A stretch of DNA of 64,000 nt from Betaproteobacteria bacterium RIFCSPLOWO2_02_FULL_67_26 (GCA_001771935.1 MERD01000039.1:31764-95763); one strand, 5' to 3'. Counted from the first letter of the stretch, positions 18,684-28,039 are shown. Made by a program: numbers and translations. Notes: generated from the sequence alone by a model not told the origin.

Positions 18684-21600
18684 TGAGCCCGCGCGATCCG
18701 CGGCTCGGCACCGCGAGCCTTCTGGTCGTGGGCAAGGATGTCCCGCGTACCGACGCCGTGCCCAAGGTGACGGGCGCGGCGCAGTACGTCGCCGACCTTC
18801 ATCTTCCGGGAATGCTGCACGCCGCAGTATTGAGGAGCCCCCACCCGCACGCCCGCATCGTTTCCCTGGACGTGAGCGCGGCAGCGGCGCTCCCGGGCGT
18901 AAAGTCGGTCGTGACCGGGGCCGACACGGCCAGGCGCAAATGGGGCGCCTTCCGCCCCGATCTCTACCCGCTCGCCATCGAGAAAGTGCGCTACGTGGGC
19001 GATGAAGTCGCGGCGGTGGCGGCAGCAGACCCGGAGACTGCGCGCGCGGCGGTGGACAGGATCCTGGTCCAGTACGAGGTCCTGCCCGCCGCGCTCTCGC
19101 TCGACCAGGCGCTCGCACCGGGCGCACCGCTGGTTCACGACGATACGCCGGGGAACGTCGCCCACCAGTTCGGATTCGAGCGCGGCAACGTGGACGCCGG
19201 GTTCAAAGCGGCCGACGTCGTCGTCGAAGGCACCTGGGAATCGGCGCGCCAATGGCACACGGCGCTCGAGACCATCGGCTGCGTCGCGAAATGGGATGGC
19301 GGCCGTGTCACGATGTGGTGCAACACCCAGACCCCGTTCCTCGCGCGCGGCCGCTACTCGATCGCGCTCGGCGTGCCCGAATCGCAGGTGCGCGTGATCC
19401 AGACCGAGGTCGGCGGCGGCTTCGGCGGCAAGTCCGGCGACGACAACGCCTCCGTCATCTGCGCGCTGCTGGCCCGCACGAGCGGCCGTCCCGTGAAGCT
19501 CATCCACACCCGCGAGGAGGAATTCCTCGCGAGCCACCCGCGCATGCCGATGCGCTACTGGGTGCGGCTCGGTTTCCGGAAGGACGGCCGCGTCGTGGCG
19601 AAGGAAATCAAGATGTGGGCCGACAACGGCGCCTACACCGGCAAGTCGCAGGCGATCCTCGGCGCGGCGAGCGTGCGGCACGACGCGCTCTACAAGTATC
19701 CCTGCGTGCGCGGCAACTCCACGCTGGTCTACACGAACCTGGTCCCGACCGGGGCGTTTCGCGGGTTCGGCAACCCGTCCGCGGACTGGGCCGTGGAACA
19801 GGCCTGGGACCTCGCGGCCGGGAAGCTCGGCATCGACGTCCTCGACCTGCTGCGCATGAACGCGGTGGACCCGGGCGACGTCTCGCCTCACAACCACAAG
19901 ATCACCAGCTGCGAGCTGAAGCAGTGCATGGACAAGGCGGCGGCGCTGATCCGCTGGAAGGAGAAGCGCAAGGACCACAAGCCCGGCCACAGGATCAACG
20001 GGCCCGCGCGCGAGAATGACGAGCCCACTCGCGGGCTGGGCATCGGTTGCAGCGTCCACGTCAACGGGCGCCGCAGCTTCGGCGATTGGGACGGGTCCTC
20101 CGCCATCGTGCGCGTCAACGAGGACGGGCGCGCCACGATCATCACCGGCGAGGGCGAGATCGGACAGGGGAACCTCACCGTGCTGCGGCAGATCGCGGCG
20201 GAAGAGCTGGGGCTGGCGTACGATCAGGTGGACATCACGCGGCCCGACACCGACCTTCACCCCCACTCCCTCGGTGCGCTGGCGAGCCGCCTGACTTACG
20301 TCGCGGGCAATGCGGTCAAGAATGCCGCCACCGTGGCCGCCAGGCAGCTGCTCGAAGCGGCGTCCGAGCAAATGAAGCGCCCCGTGGAGGATCTGACGAT
20401 CCTGAACGGCGAGATCGGCCCGCGCAACGGGGCGGAAACGGATTTCAAAGCCGTCGGCGCGGTGGTGCGCGCGCACATCTACCGGCCCGGCGGCCAGCCG
20501 ATCATCGGCGTGGGCACCTTCGACAACCCGTCCGAATTCCCCGACCACAACCGCTACGGCAACGAGTCGGGTGCCTACAACTTCGCCGCGCAGGCAGCGG
20601 AGGTCGAGGTCGATCCCGCCACCGGCGAAGTGAAGCTGCTCGAGATCGCCGCCGTGGTGGACTGCGGCACGGTCATCAACCCTGCCACCGCTGAAGGCCA
20701 GGTGCAGGGCGCGGTGATGCAGGGCATCGGTCTTGCCATGATCGAGTACTTCGACTGGTGGAACGGCCAGCCGACCGATCCGCAGTTGAAGGACTACCCG
20801 ATCCCGGGCGCGGCGACGATGCCGAAGCTGCACGTTGCGTTCGCCGATTCCTACGAGCCCTCGGGGCCGTTCGGCGCGAAGGGGCTGGGCGAGATCGGGC
20901 TCGATGCGGTGCCCGCGGCCATCGCCAACGCCATCGCGGACGCGTGCGGGGTTCGGGTCTACGAGCTGCCGATCACATCGGAGAAGATACACCGGGCACT
21001 GCATCCGGAGCGCTATGCGCAGGAAAAACTCGCAGCTCCCGCCGCGCCCAAGGGCGGCACGTGGGCGCGAATCGCGGCGGGCAAGCCGTCCGGGGCGCGG
21101 CCGTTCAGCCCGGAATTCGTGTTTGCCGCGAGCGTGGATGAGGCGGTGCGGTGGCTGGCCGCGGGCGACTCCGCGCTCGTTGCGGGCGGGATGTCGCACG
21201 CGTTGCGCCGCGAGCGCACCGGGTATCCCCAGGCGAAGCGCCTGGTCTCGATCATGCGCATTCCCGAGCTGAACGAGTTCTCCATCGACGCCCGCGGCGT
21301 GCTGCGCGCGGGCGCAGCGGTCCGGCAGCAGAAGTTTTCAGAGGAGGCGCGCGTGCGGAAGCATTGGCACGCCATCGAGGACGCCATGGAAGCGGTGGGT
21401 CACACCCGCATCCGCCACATGCTGACGGTCGGCGGCAGCATCGGCCCGCTGATCGGCGGCTTCGACCTGCCGCTCGCCCTCCTCGCCCTCGGCGGGCGCG
21501 TCACCGTCGCCGGCCCCGCCGGCCGGCGCACCGTGACTCTGGAGGAGGCGTTCCAGAAGCGCTTTGCCAGGGATGAGATGGCGGTCGCGATCGAAGTCGA

Positions 21601-21952
21601 CATGCCTCCCGCCCGGACGGGTTCCCGCTTTTTCAAGTACATGGCACGCGGCGTGCTGGAGATCCCGACCGTGAATACCGCGGCGGCGGTGAGCCTGAAT
21701 GCCGACGGGACGTGCGCGGCCGCACGGGTAACGGTGGGTGCCGTGAGCTGGAAGCCCGTCGTCATCGACATGATCGAGCTTGCGGGTCAACGCCTGAGCG
21801 AGGGCGTGCTGAGAAAGTCGGTGCAGTGCGTGGGCGCGGCCGTCGAGCCGATGTCCGACGTGCGCGGGTCCGCGGCCTACAAGCGCGAAATGGCCGTGGA
21901 GTTCGCCGCGCGCGCCTTGATCTCGGCGTGGAAGCGCGCTCAAAAACAGTGA
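18680..21952 (+). CDS. molybdopterin-binding large subunit fused to a C-terminal FAD-binding (CoxM-like) domain
   Basis: ORF 18401..21952. Start ATG 18680 overlaps the upstream stop (ATGA). N-terminal MMSPRDPRLGTASLLVVGKDVPRTDAVPKVTGAAQY. Mo domain covers about aa 1-775, linker 776-808, FAD domain 809-1090 (LVAGGMSHAL ... SDVRGSAAYKREMA). Confidence 0.85.
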   Translation: MMSPRDPRLGTASLLVVGKDVPRTDAVPKVTGAAQYVADLHLPGMLHAAVLRSPHPHARIVSLDVSAAAALPGVKSVVTGADTARRKWGAFRPDLYPLAIEKVRYVGDEVAAVAAADPETARAAVDRILVQYEVLPAALSLDQALAPGAPLVHDDTPGNVAHQFGFERGNVDAGFKAADVVVEGTWESARQWHTALETIGCVAKWDGGRVTMWCNTQTPFLARGRYSIALGVPESQVRVIQTEVGGGFGGKSGDDNASVICALLARTSGRPVKLIHTREEEFLASHPRMPMRYWVRLGFRKDGRVVAKEIKMWADNGAYTGKSQAILGAASVRHDALYKYPCVRGNSTLVYTNLVPTGAFRGFGNPSADWAVEQAWDLAAGKLGIDVLDLLRMNAVDPGDVSPHNHKITSCELKQCMDKAAALIRWKEKRKDHKPGHRINGPARENDEPTRGLGIGCSVHVNGRRSFGDWDGSSAIVRVNEDGRATIITGEGEIGQGNLTVLRQIAAEELGLAYDQVDITRPDTDLHPHSLGALASRLTYVAGNAVKNAATVAARQLLEAASEQMKRPVEDLTILNGEIGPRNGAETDFKAVGAVVRAHIYRPGGQPIIGVGTFDNPSEFPDHNRYGNESGAYNFAAQAAEVEVDPATGEVKLLEIAAVVDCGTVINPATAEGQVQGAVMQGIGLAMIEYFDWWNGQPTDPQLKDYPIPGAATMPKLHVAFADSYEPSGPFGAKGLGEIGLDAVPAAIANAIADACGVRVYELPITSEKIHRALHPERYAQEKLAAPAAPKGGTWARIAAGKPSGARPFSPEFVFAASVDEAVRWLAAGDSALVAGGMSHALRRERTGYPQAKRLVSIMRIPELNEFSIDARGVLRAGAAVRQQKFSEEARVRKHWHAIEDAMEAVGHTRIRHMLTVGGSIGPLIGGFDLPLALLALGGRVTVAGPAGRRTVTLEEAFQKRFARDEMAVAIEVDMPPARTGSRFFKYMARGVLEIPTVNTAAAVSLNADGTCAAARVTVGAVSWKPVVIDMIELAGQRLSEGVLRKSVQCVGAAVEPMSDVRGSAAYKREMAVEFAARALISAWKRAQKQ

Positions 21953-21975
21953 CGGGTAACGAGTGACGACTGACG
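21948..21975 (+). repeat. four tandem heptamers AGTGACG GGTAACG AGTGACG ACTGACG
   Basis: Read directly. Contains the TGA stop at 21950 of the upstream gene and the GTG start at 21963 of the downstream gene. Confidence 0.85.
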
Positions 21976-22769
21976 GGGCGTTTGGAACTTCGGATGGGTG
22001 CGAGATCTCGTACACCGTCCACCCGGCGCCGGGAAAACCGAAGCTGGCACTGATCCATTCGCTCGCGCTCGACCGCAGCGTCTGGAATGGCGTCGTGAAG
22101 GAGCTTGCCGGACGGGCGGAAATCCTGACCTATGACTGCCGCGGCCACGGGCGCTCCGGACGCCAGGCCGGCCCCTACACGTGCGAGCTGTTCGCGCGTG
22201 ACCTCGCCGAATTGCTCGACCACCTGAAGTGGCCGGCAGTCATCGTCGCCGGCTGCTCGATGGGCGGGTGTGTCGTGCAGGCGTTTGCGGCGCGCTACCC
22301 GCAGCGCACGCTCGGGGCCTGCTTCATCGACACGACAGCATGGTACGGGGCGGAGGCGCCGAAGCAATGGCGCGAGCGCGCGGCCACCGGCAGGGCCAAA
22401 GGGCTCGGCGCCCTCATTGATTTCCAGGTGACGCGCTGGTTCAGCGACGGGTTCCGCGCGGCGCAACCGGACACGGTCAACGCGCTGACCAAGATTTTCC
22501 TGGCCAACGCTATCGACTGCTACGAAGCAACCTGCGAAATGCTGGGAACTGCCGACCTGCGTCCCCTGCTGCCTTGCATCAAGTCCCCTGCTGCCATTGT
22601 CGTGGGAGAGGAGGACTACGCGACGACAGTGGACATGGCGAAAGACTTGAACAAGGCGCTTCCGCAGTCCACACTGACGGTGCTGGCCGGCGCCCGCCAT
22701 ATCACGCCGGTGGAGCGGCCCGTGGACATTGCCAGGCAGATCTCGGCTCTGCTTGGTCGGGGTGCGTGA
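21963..22769 (+). CDS. alpha/beta hydrolase (3-oxoadipate enol-lactonase-like)
   Basis: ORF 21963..22769. GCSMGG nucleophile elbow. ALIHSLALDRSVW. GTG is the only in-frame start available. Confidence 0.8.
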   Translation: MTTDGAFGTSDGCEISYTVHPAPGKPKLALIHSLALDRSVWNGVVKELAGRAEILTYDCRGHGRSGRQAGPYTCELFARDLAELLDHLKWPAVIVAGCSMGGCVVQAFAARYPQRTLGACFIDTTAWYGAEAPKQWRERAATGRAKGLGALIDFQVTRWFSDGFRAAQPDTVNALTKIFLANAIDCYEATCEMLGTADLRPLLPCIKSPAAIVVGEEDYATTVDMAKDLNKALPQSTLTVLAGARHITPVERPVDIARQISALLGRGA

Positions 22770-22788
22770 CGGCTGACGCATGACGGGT
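22764..22788 (+). repeat. three tandem heptamers GCGTGAC GGCTGAC GCATGAC (+GGGT)
   Basis: Read directly. TGA at 22767, 22774 and 22781 falls in three different frames. Confidence 0.8.
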
Positions 22789-22815
22789 GTTCAAGACTAT
22801 TTCGAGGAGGAAAAC

Positions 22816-23811
22816 ATGAAAACGAACTGGGCGCCCGCCCGGAGGACAAGGCTCGCGCTACTCGGTCTCGCCATCGCGGCTTCCCTGGCGTGCACCACCG
22901 GAGCGGCGGCGCAAGGCTACCCCAGCAGGCCGATACGGCTCATCGTGCCGCAACCCCCGGGGGGCTCCACCGACCTCATCGCACGCCTGTTGTCGCAGCG
23001 CATCGGCGAGGTGCTCGGCCAAACCATCGTCGTGGACAACCGGCCCGGCGCCGGCAGCATCATTGGCACGGAGCTCGTGGCGAGAGCGGACCCGGACGGC
23101 TACACCCTGCTCACCGTCGCGGCTTCGTACACCATCAATCCTGCCCTGCACAACAAGCTGCCATTCGATCCAGTCCGCGATTTCACCCCGATATCCCAGA
23201 TCGTGACCCTGCCCCACATCCTGATCGTCCATCCCTCGGTGCCGGTGAAATCCGTCCAGGAGCTCATCGCGCTGGCGAAGGCCAAGCCGGGCGAGATCAA
23301 CGTCGCCGCCAGCGGCGTTGCGACCAGCACGCACATGGCGGCCGAGCTGTTCATGTTCACGACCGGCACCCGGATGGTGCCGGTGCAGTACAAGGGGGGA
23401 GGTCCGTCAATCACCGCGATGATCGCGGGGCAGTGCCACCTCAATTTTGCCGCCATTTCCACCGCCCTCCCGCACGTGCGCGCGGGCAGGGTGCGCGCGC
23501 TCGCGGTCTCGAGCGCGAAGCGATCCGCCGGGGCGCCGGAGTACCCCACCGTGGCCGAAGCGGGCGTGCCCGGCTACGACCACTCATCCTGGGTCGGCTT
23601 GCTCGCGCCGGCCGGGACGCCGCGGCCGATCGTCAACAGGCTCGGCGCGGAAGCGATCAAGGTCGCACGGGACGACCAGGTGAAGTCCATGCTGCTCCAG
23701 CGCGGCATGGAAGTGGTCGGCAGCACATCCGCCGAATACGCCGGCCTCATCAAGACCGAGGTCGCCAAGTGGCGTAAGGTCGTGAAAGCCGCCGGCATCA
23801 AGGCCCGCTAA
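22816..23811 (+). CDS. Bug-family (TctC-like) tripartite tricarboxylate transporter substrate-binding protein
   Basis: ORF 22780..23811. Start ATG 22816 follows GAGGAGG. Signal peptide, then YPSRPIRLIVPQPPGGSTDLIARLL, typical of the Bug family. Confidence 0.85.
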   Translation: MKTNWAPARRTRLALLGLAIAASLACTTGAAAQGYPSRPIRLIVPQPPGGSTDLIARLLSQRIGEVLGQTIVVDNRPGAGSIIGTELVARADPDGYTLLTVAASYTINPALHNKLPFDPVRDFTPISQIVTLPHILIVHPSVPVKSVQELIALAKAKPGEINVAASGVATSTHMAAELFMFTTGTRMVPVQYKGGGPSITAMIAGQCHLNFAAISTALPHVRAGRVRALAVSSAKRSAGAPEYPTVAEAGVPGYDHSSWVGLLAPAGTPRPIVNRLGAEAIKVARDDQVKSMLLQRGMEVVGSTSAEYAGLIKTEVAKWRKVVKAAGIKAR

Positions 23812-23863
23812 GGCCGAAAACCCATTGGCCACCTGACGCGGAGTTCTCGGAGTAATCGAACCC

Positions 23864-24583
23864 ATGAGCCTCATCGAAGACCTGGTGATCTCCTACCGCA
23901 CGCTCGCCGAGGAAGGCGTGATCGACGCTTACGGCCACGTGAGCGTGCGCTTGGAGACCAACCCCAACCGCTACCTGATGGCCCGCCAGCTCGCGCCCGA
24001 GCTCGTGACCGGGGACGACATCCTGGAGTTCGACCTCGACAGCAACCCGATCGACCCGAAGGGCCGGAAGTTCTACAACGAGCGCTATATCCACGGCGAG
24101 ATCTTCAAGGCCCGGACGGAGGTGATGGCGGTGGTGCACAACCACGCCCCGGCCGTGGTGCCGTTCAGCTGCACTGCCCGCTCCACGCTGAAGCCGATTT
24201 ACCACATGTCGGCTTTCATCGGCCTGGGCGTGCCCAACTGGGACATCCGCGATGCGCAGAAAGGCAGCGACATGCTGGTGCGCACGCCCTACCTCGGTCA
24301 ATCGCTCGCGAAGAAGCTCGGCAAGCACCCCGCCGTGCTGATGCGCGGGCACGGCTCGACCTGCGTGGGTGAGAACCTGCAGCGCGCGGTCGGCCGCAGC
24401 GTCTACCTGGAGCAGAACGCCCGCATGCAGTTCCAGGCCATGATGATCGCGGGGCCGCGGGGCAAGGTGAACTACATGGACGCGCAGGAAGTCGCGGCCA
24501 ATGTCTCCTGGCAGAACTACGACCGCTCGTGGAACCTGTGGCGCACGCGCTGGCTCGCCCGCCTCAAGGCTGAAAAAGCGTGA
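23864..24583 (+). CDS. class II aldolase/adducin-family protein
   Basis: ORF 23864..24583. GHVSVRL..., HGEIFKARTEVMAVVHNHAP. Paralog of 30945..31685. Confidence 0.8.
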   Translation: MSLIEDLVISYRTLAEEGVIDAYGHVSVRLETNPNRYLMARQLAPELVTGDDILEFDLDSNPIDPKGRKFYNERYIHGEIFKARTEVMAVVHNHAPAVVPFSCTARSTLKPIYHMSAFIGLGVPNWDIRDAQKGSDMLVRTPYLGQSLAKKLGKHPAVLMRGHGSTCVGENLQRAVGRSVYLEQNARMQFQAMMIAGPRGKVNYMDAQEVAANVSWQNYDRSWNLWRTRWLARLKAEKA

Positions 24584-24602
24584 GTGGTGAACGGAGGCGC
24601 TG

Positions 24603-25631
24603 ATGGCGACCAGCAATCCAAGGCGCGCGCAGCTGTCGAGCGACATCTCGGCGCTGAACATGAGGCCGCTGTGGGAACGCGTGATGCGGCTCAAGCCCGG
24701 AACGGCGGCCCAACCGGTGATCTGGCGCTGGAGCGAGGTGCAACCGTACCTGATGCGGTCCGCCGAGCTCATCACCACGCGCGAGGCCGAACGGCGCGTC
24801 CTCATGCTCGAGAACCCCGCCCTGAAGGGAACGACGTTCGCCACCACGACGCTGTACGCGGGCCTGCAGGTGATCCTGCCCGGCGAGATCGCGCGCACGC
24901 ACCGGCATGCGCCCAACGCGCTGCGCTTCATCGTCGAAGGCGAGGGCGCGTATACCGCCGTGGAAGGCGAGCGCGTAACGATGAGACCCGGCGATTTCGT
25001 GACCACGCCCAACTGGGCCTGGCACGACCATGGCAATCTGGGCTCGGAGCCGGTGGTCTGGCTCGACGGTCTCGACCTCGCCTTTGCAAATCTTTTCGGC
25101 GCGCATTTTCGCGAGGAATTTCCGCAGGAGAGCCAGCCCGTGTCGCGCGCGGAGGGCGACGCCGGGGCGCGCTATGGCGCGAACCTGCTGCCCGTGGATT
25201 ACCGCCCAACGGGGCGCGCTTCCCCGGTCTTGTGCTATCCCTATTCGCGCACACGCGAGGCGCTCGAGCAACTCGCGCGCAACGGCGAGCCGGACGCGGC
25301 CCACGGTTTCAAGCTGCGCTACGCAAACCCGGTCACCGGCGGGCACCCGTTCCCGACCATGGCGGTGTTCATGCAATGGCTGCCGAAAGGGTTCTCCGGC
25401 CGCCGCGCTCGCAGCACGGACGGGGCGGTGTTCTGCGTCGTCGAGGGCCGGGGCCAGGCCCAGGTGGGCGAGACGCGCATCGACTTCGCGCCGCACGACG
25501 TTTTCGTCGTGCCGTCCTGGGAGTATTGCCAGCTCAAGGCCGAAGCCGATTGCGTGCTGTTCAGCTACTCCGACCGAGCGGCGCAGGAAGCGCTGGGCTT
25601 CTGGCGCGAAGAAACGACGCAGGGCGCCTGA
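24603..25631 (+). CDS. gentisate 1,2-dioxygenase (bicupin)
   Basis: ORF 24603..25631. LWERVMRLKP..., GEIARTHRHAPNALRFIVEGEGAYTAVEGERV..PNWAWHDH resembles gentisate dioxygenases. Confidence 0.85.
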   Translation: MATSNPRRAQLSSDISALNMRPLWERVMRLKPGTAAQPVIWRWSEVQPYLMRSAELITTREAERRVLMLENPALKGTTFATTTLYAGLQVILPGEIARTHRHAPNALRFIVEGEGAYTAVEGERVTMRPGDFVTTPNWAWHDHGNLGSEPVVWLDGLDLAFANLFGAHFREEFPQESQPVSRAEGDAGARYGANLLPVDYRPTGRASPVLCYPYSRTREALEQLARNGEPDAAHGFKLRYANPVTGGHPFPTMAVFMQWLPKGFSGRRARSTDGAVFCVVEGRGQAQVGETRIDFAPHDVFVVPSWEYCQLKAEADCVLFSYSDRAAQEALGFWREETTQGA

Positions 25632-25638
25632 CAGGGTG

Positions 25639-26385
25639 ATGGATGGGCTGAAACAATTCGGCGCGCTGGTGCGCGCGGCGAGCCGGGGCGTGGCGTTTAC
25701 GGGCGCGGGCATCAGCACCGAGAGCGGCATCCCCGATTTTCGCGGCCCCCAGGGCGTCTGGAACACGGAGACGCCGGTCTATTACCCGGACTTCATGGCA
25801 AGCCGCGAGGCGCGGGTGCGCGCATGGCTGCGCGGCGTCCGGATGTTCCACCGCTGCGGCGCCGCGAAGCCGAATGACGGGCACCTCGTCATCACCGAGC
25901 TCCAGCGCCGCGGCCACATCACCGCGGTCGTCACCCAGAACATCGACGGCTTGCACCACGACGCCGGCAACGTCAACGTCATCGAGCTGCACGGCACCAA
26001 CCGCTACGCGGCATGCCAGCATTGCTGGAAGGAGTGGCCGACCGCCGTCATCGTCGCGCGCGTGGAACGGGGGGACGATGCGCCGGAATGCGACGCCTGC
26101 GGCGGGCCGATCAAGGCCCGCACCATCTCCTTCGGACAGGCCATGCCTGAAAAAGAGATGCGCCTCGCCGCCGAGATCTCCCGGAAAGCGGATCTCTACC
26201 TGTCGATCGGCTCGTCGCTGGTCGTGGAGCCGGCGGCATCGTTCCCGGTCCTTGCCAAGCGCTCCGGCGCGAGCCTCGTGATCGTCAACGCCCAGCCGAC
26301 CCCGCTCGACGACCTCGCCGACCTGGTGATCCGGGAACCGATCGGGAAAACGATGATGGCGCTGCTGCGCCAGTTGCCCGGCTAG
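25639..26385 (+). CDS. cobB: NAD-dependent protein deacylase (Sir2/CobB type)
   Basis: Last 248 codons of ORF 25030..26385. GAGISTESGIPDFRG, QNIDGLH, and a zinc ribbon formed by CQHC...CDAC. Starts 8 nt after the dioxygenase stop. Confidence 0.85.
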   Translation: MDGLKQFGALVRAASRGVAFTGAGISTESGIPDFRGPQGVWNTETPVYYPDFMASREARVRAWLRGVRMFHRCGAAKPNDGHLVITELQRRGHITAVVTQNIDGLHHDAGNVNVIELHGTNRYAACQHCWKEWPTAVIVARVERGDDAPECDACGGPIKARTISFGQAMPEKEMRLAAEISRKADLYLSIGSSLVVEPAASFPVLAKRSGASLVIVNAQPTPLDDLADLVIREPIGKTMMALLRQLPG

Positions 26386-26398
26386 GGACCCGTTCTCA

Positions 26399-28039
26399 TC
26401 ACTTCTTGCTGTCGGGCCGGTAGCGGGTTTCCGGCCTGAGGCCCTTCCGCCGGAGCTTCTCGCTCGCGCGGCCGTTCTCGAGATAACGGCCCTGCGCGGC
26501 GCGCTCCGCCGCCGCGTCCCACTGCGGCGGCCAGTCGGTGCCCGAGGGCGTGCCGAACCACGGCGACTGCGGCCGGAGCCCCGGCAGCCCCAGCTCTTCC
26601 CACACCTTGCGCGCGCGCTCCATGTATTCCCGCTTGGGCAGCGCGAGCGGGGGCAGGTCCTCCTTCATGGTCGCATCCATGAGCAGGGTCGCGTCTTCAC
26701 GGTCCGCCTCGTGCTCCCGCTCCGGCCCGTGGCCCGGGCTGCGATAGCGCAGGACCTGGAGATCCGTGGAGGGATCCATGCGGAAGGCGACCGCCCATAG
26801 AATCGCGTCGGAGCTGTCCGGGTCGATGTCGTCGTTGACCGCGACGCAGATTTTCCCGCAGTCGGCCTTGAAGCTGGAGGCGCCGCCCAGCGCGCGCCAG
26901 ATCTCCGTGCGCGGCGTGCCCTTCTCCACGGTGACGATGGCGATGCGCCGCAGCGCCGTCAGGCGCTCGTGCAGCGTCACGCGCTTCACGCCGCGGACGC
27001 CGAGCGTGTTGCGCAGGTGCGAGAGAAACATCGGCTCGTACGACACGCGCTTGATGGCGCTCGATTCGCTCGGCGTCACCTGGCTCAGGTACGACGCCAC
27101 GATCGCGTTCCGGCGATGCGTGATGGCGGTGACCCGCATCGGCATGTTGAATTCCTCGGGCGCGACGTGGCCGTGCGATTCGCCGAACGGGCCCTCCGGC
27201 TCGAGGTACTCGGTGTCGATCAGTCCCTCGATCACCATCTCGGCCTCGGCCGGCACGAGCAGGTCCACCGTGCGCGCGCGCACGACGTTGATCGGCCTGC
27301 CGGCGACGGCGCCCGCGACGCCGATCTCGTCCACATCGAGCGGCAGCTTCATCGGCGCGACGAACGCGACGCACGGCGGCGCGCCCAGCACGATCGCGCA
27401 GGGCATCACCTTGTCGCCGCGCTTCTGGTACTTGAGATAGTGGCGGTAACCACCGGCGCCGCCGACGCGCGTCGCCATGCGCACCACGCACCGGTCGGGC
27501 GCTTTCAGCCCGGCCCGGTACGTGCCGTGGTTCTGGATGCCGGTTTCCGGGTCCCGCGTGATGACGTTGGTGGCCGTCAGCGTCGGCGCGCTGTCGAAGC
27601 CCGGGGTCGATACCGGGATCGGCAGCCTGTCGAGGCCCCTGCCCTCGCCTTTCAGCGCGGCGCCCTGGATGACGACCTCCTGGCACGGCGCGCGCCTGAC
27701 GATGCGTGGGGGCACCGGGTTGGCGATGGCGTGGTCCCATCGGGGTTGCACCTGCTCCGGTTTGGCGCGCATGCCGATGCAGTAGATCGCGCGGTTGCCG
27801 GCGTAGGCGCCGACCACGACCGGGAAATCGAACTTGCGCCCGCGGCCGTCCAGCACGTTGGTGAACAGGAACGCCTTGCGCTCGTGCTCCTCGACGCCGC
27901 CGACGTACTGCCACCGCACCAGCGGGTGCAGCTCCGCGTCCTTGTCCACCGGCCGGTCGATGGTAAGCAGCAACCCCGCCTGCTTCAGCGCCGCGAGGTG
28001 TTCCTGGAGGTCGGCGTAGCCCCGAGACTTATCACCCAT
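26399..28039 (-). CDS. UbiD-family (prenyl-FMN dependent) decarboxylase
   Basis: ORF 26399..28042. ADLQEHLAALKQAGLLLTIDRPVDKDAELHPLVRW..AFLFTNV. ATG 28039 is preferred over GTG 28042. Confidence 0.85.
   Translation of the reverse strand: MGDKSRGYADLQEHLAALKQAGLLLTIDRPVDKDAELHPLVRWQYVGGVEEHERKAFLFTNVLDGRGRKFDFPVVVGAYAGNRAIYCIGMRAKPEQVQPRWDHAIANPVPPRIVRRAPCQEVVIQGAALKGEGRGLDRLPIPVSTPGFDSAPTLTATNVITRDPETGIQNHGTYRAGLKAPDRCVVRMATRVGGAGGYRHYLKYQKRGDKVMPCAIVLGAPPCVAFVAPMKLPLDVDEIGVAGAVAGRPINVVRARTVDLLVPAEAEMVIEGLIDTEYLEPEGPFGESHGHVAPEEFNMPMRVTAITHRRNAIVASYLSQVTPSESSAIKRVSYEPMFLSHLRNTLGVRGVKRVTLHERLTALRRIAIVTVEKGTPRTEIWRALGGASSFKADCGKICVAVNDDIDPDSSDAILWAVAFRMDPSTDLQVLRYRSPGHGPEREHEADREDATLLMDATMKEDLPPLALPKREYMERARKVWEELGLPGLRPQSPWFGTPSGTDWPPQWDAAAERAAQGRYLENGRASEKLRRKGLRPETRYRPDSKK

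Noticed and set aside
18638-21199. 853-aa ORF antisense to the Mo/FAD gene. Similar long ORFs occur at 97..1740, 3250..5430, 7641..9857, 35133..37130, 39717..41069 and 43877..44767.
   Set aside because: All are Arg/Ala/Gly/Pro-rich with no recognisable motifs. Each lies opposite or out of frame to ORFs with clear family signatures. These are the typical shadow ORFs of high-GC DNA.
25639-26385. SIR2-domain gene considered as a phage-defence effector (Thoeris/DSR-like).
   Set aside because: It has canonical CobB size (248 aa) with a full NAD-binding motif and zinc ribbon. It has no fused or adjacent TIR, Ago, helicase or other defence partner, and it sits inside a catabolic operon.
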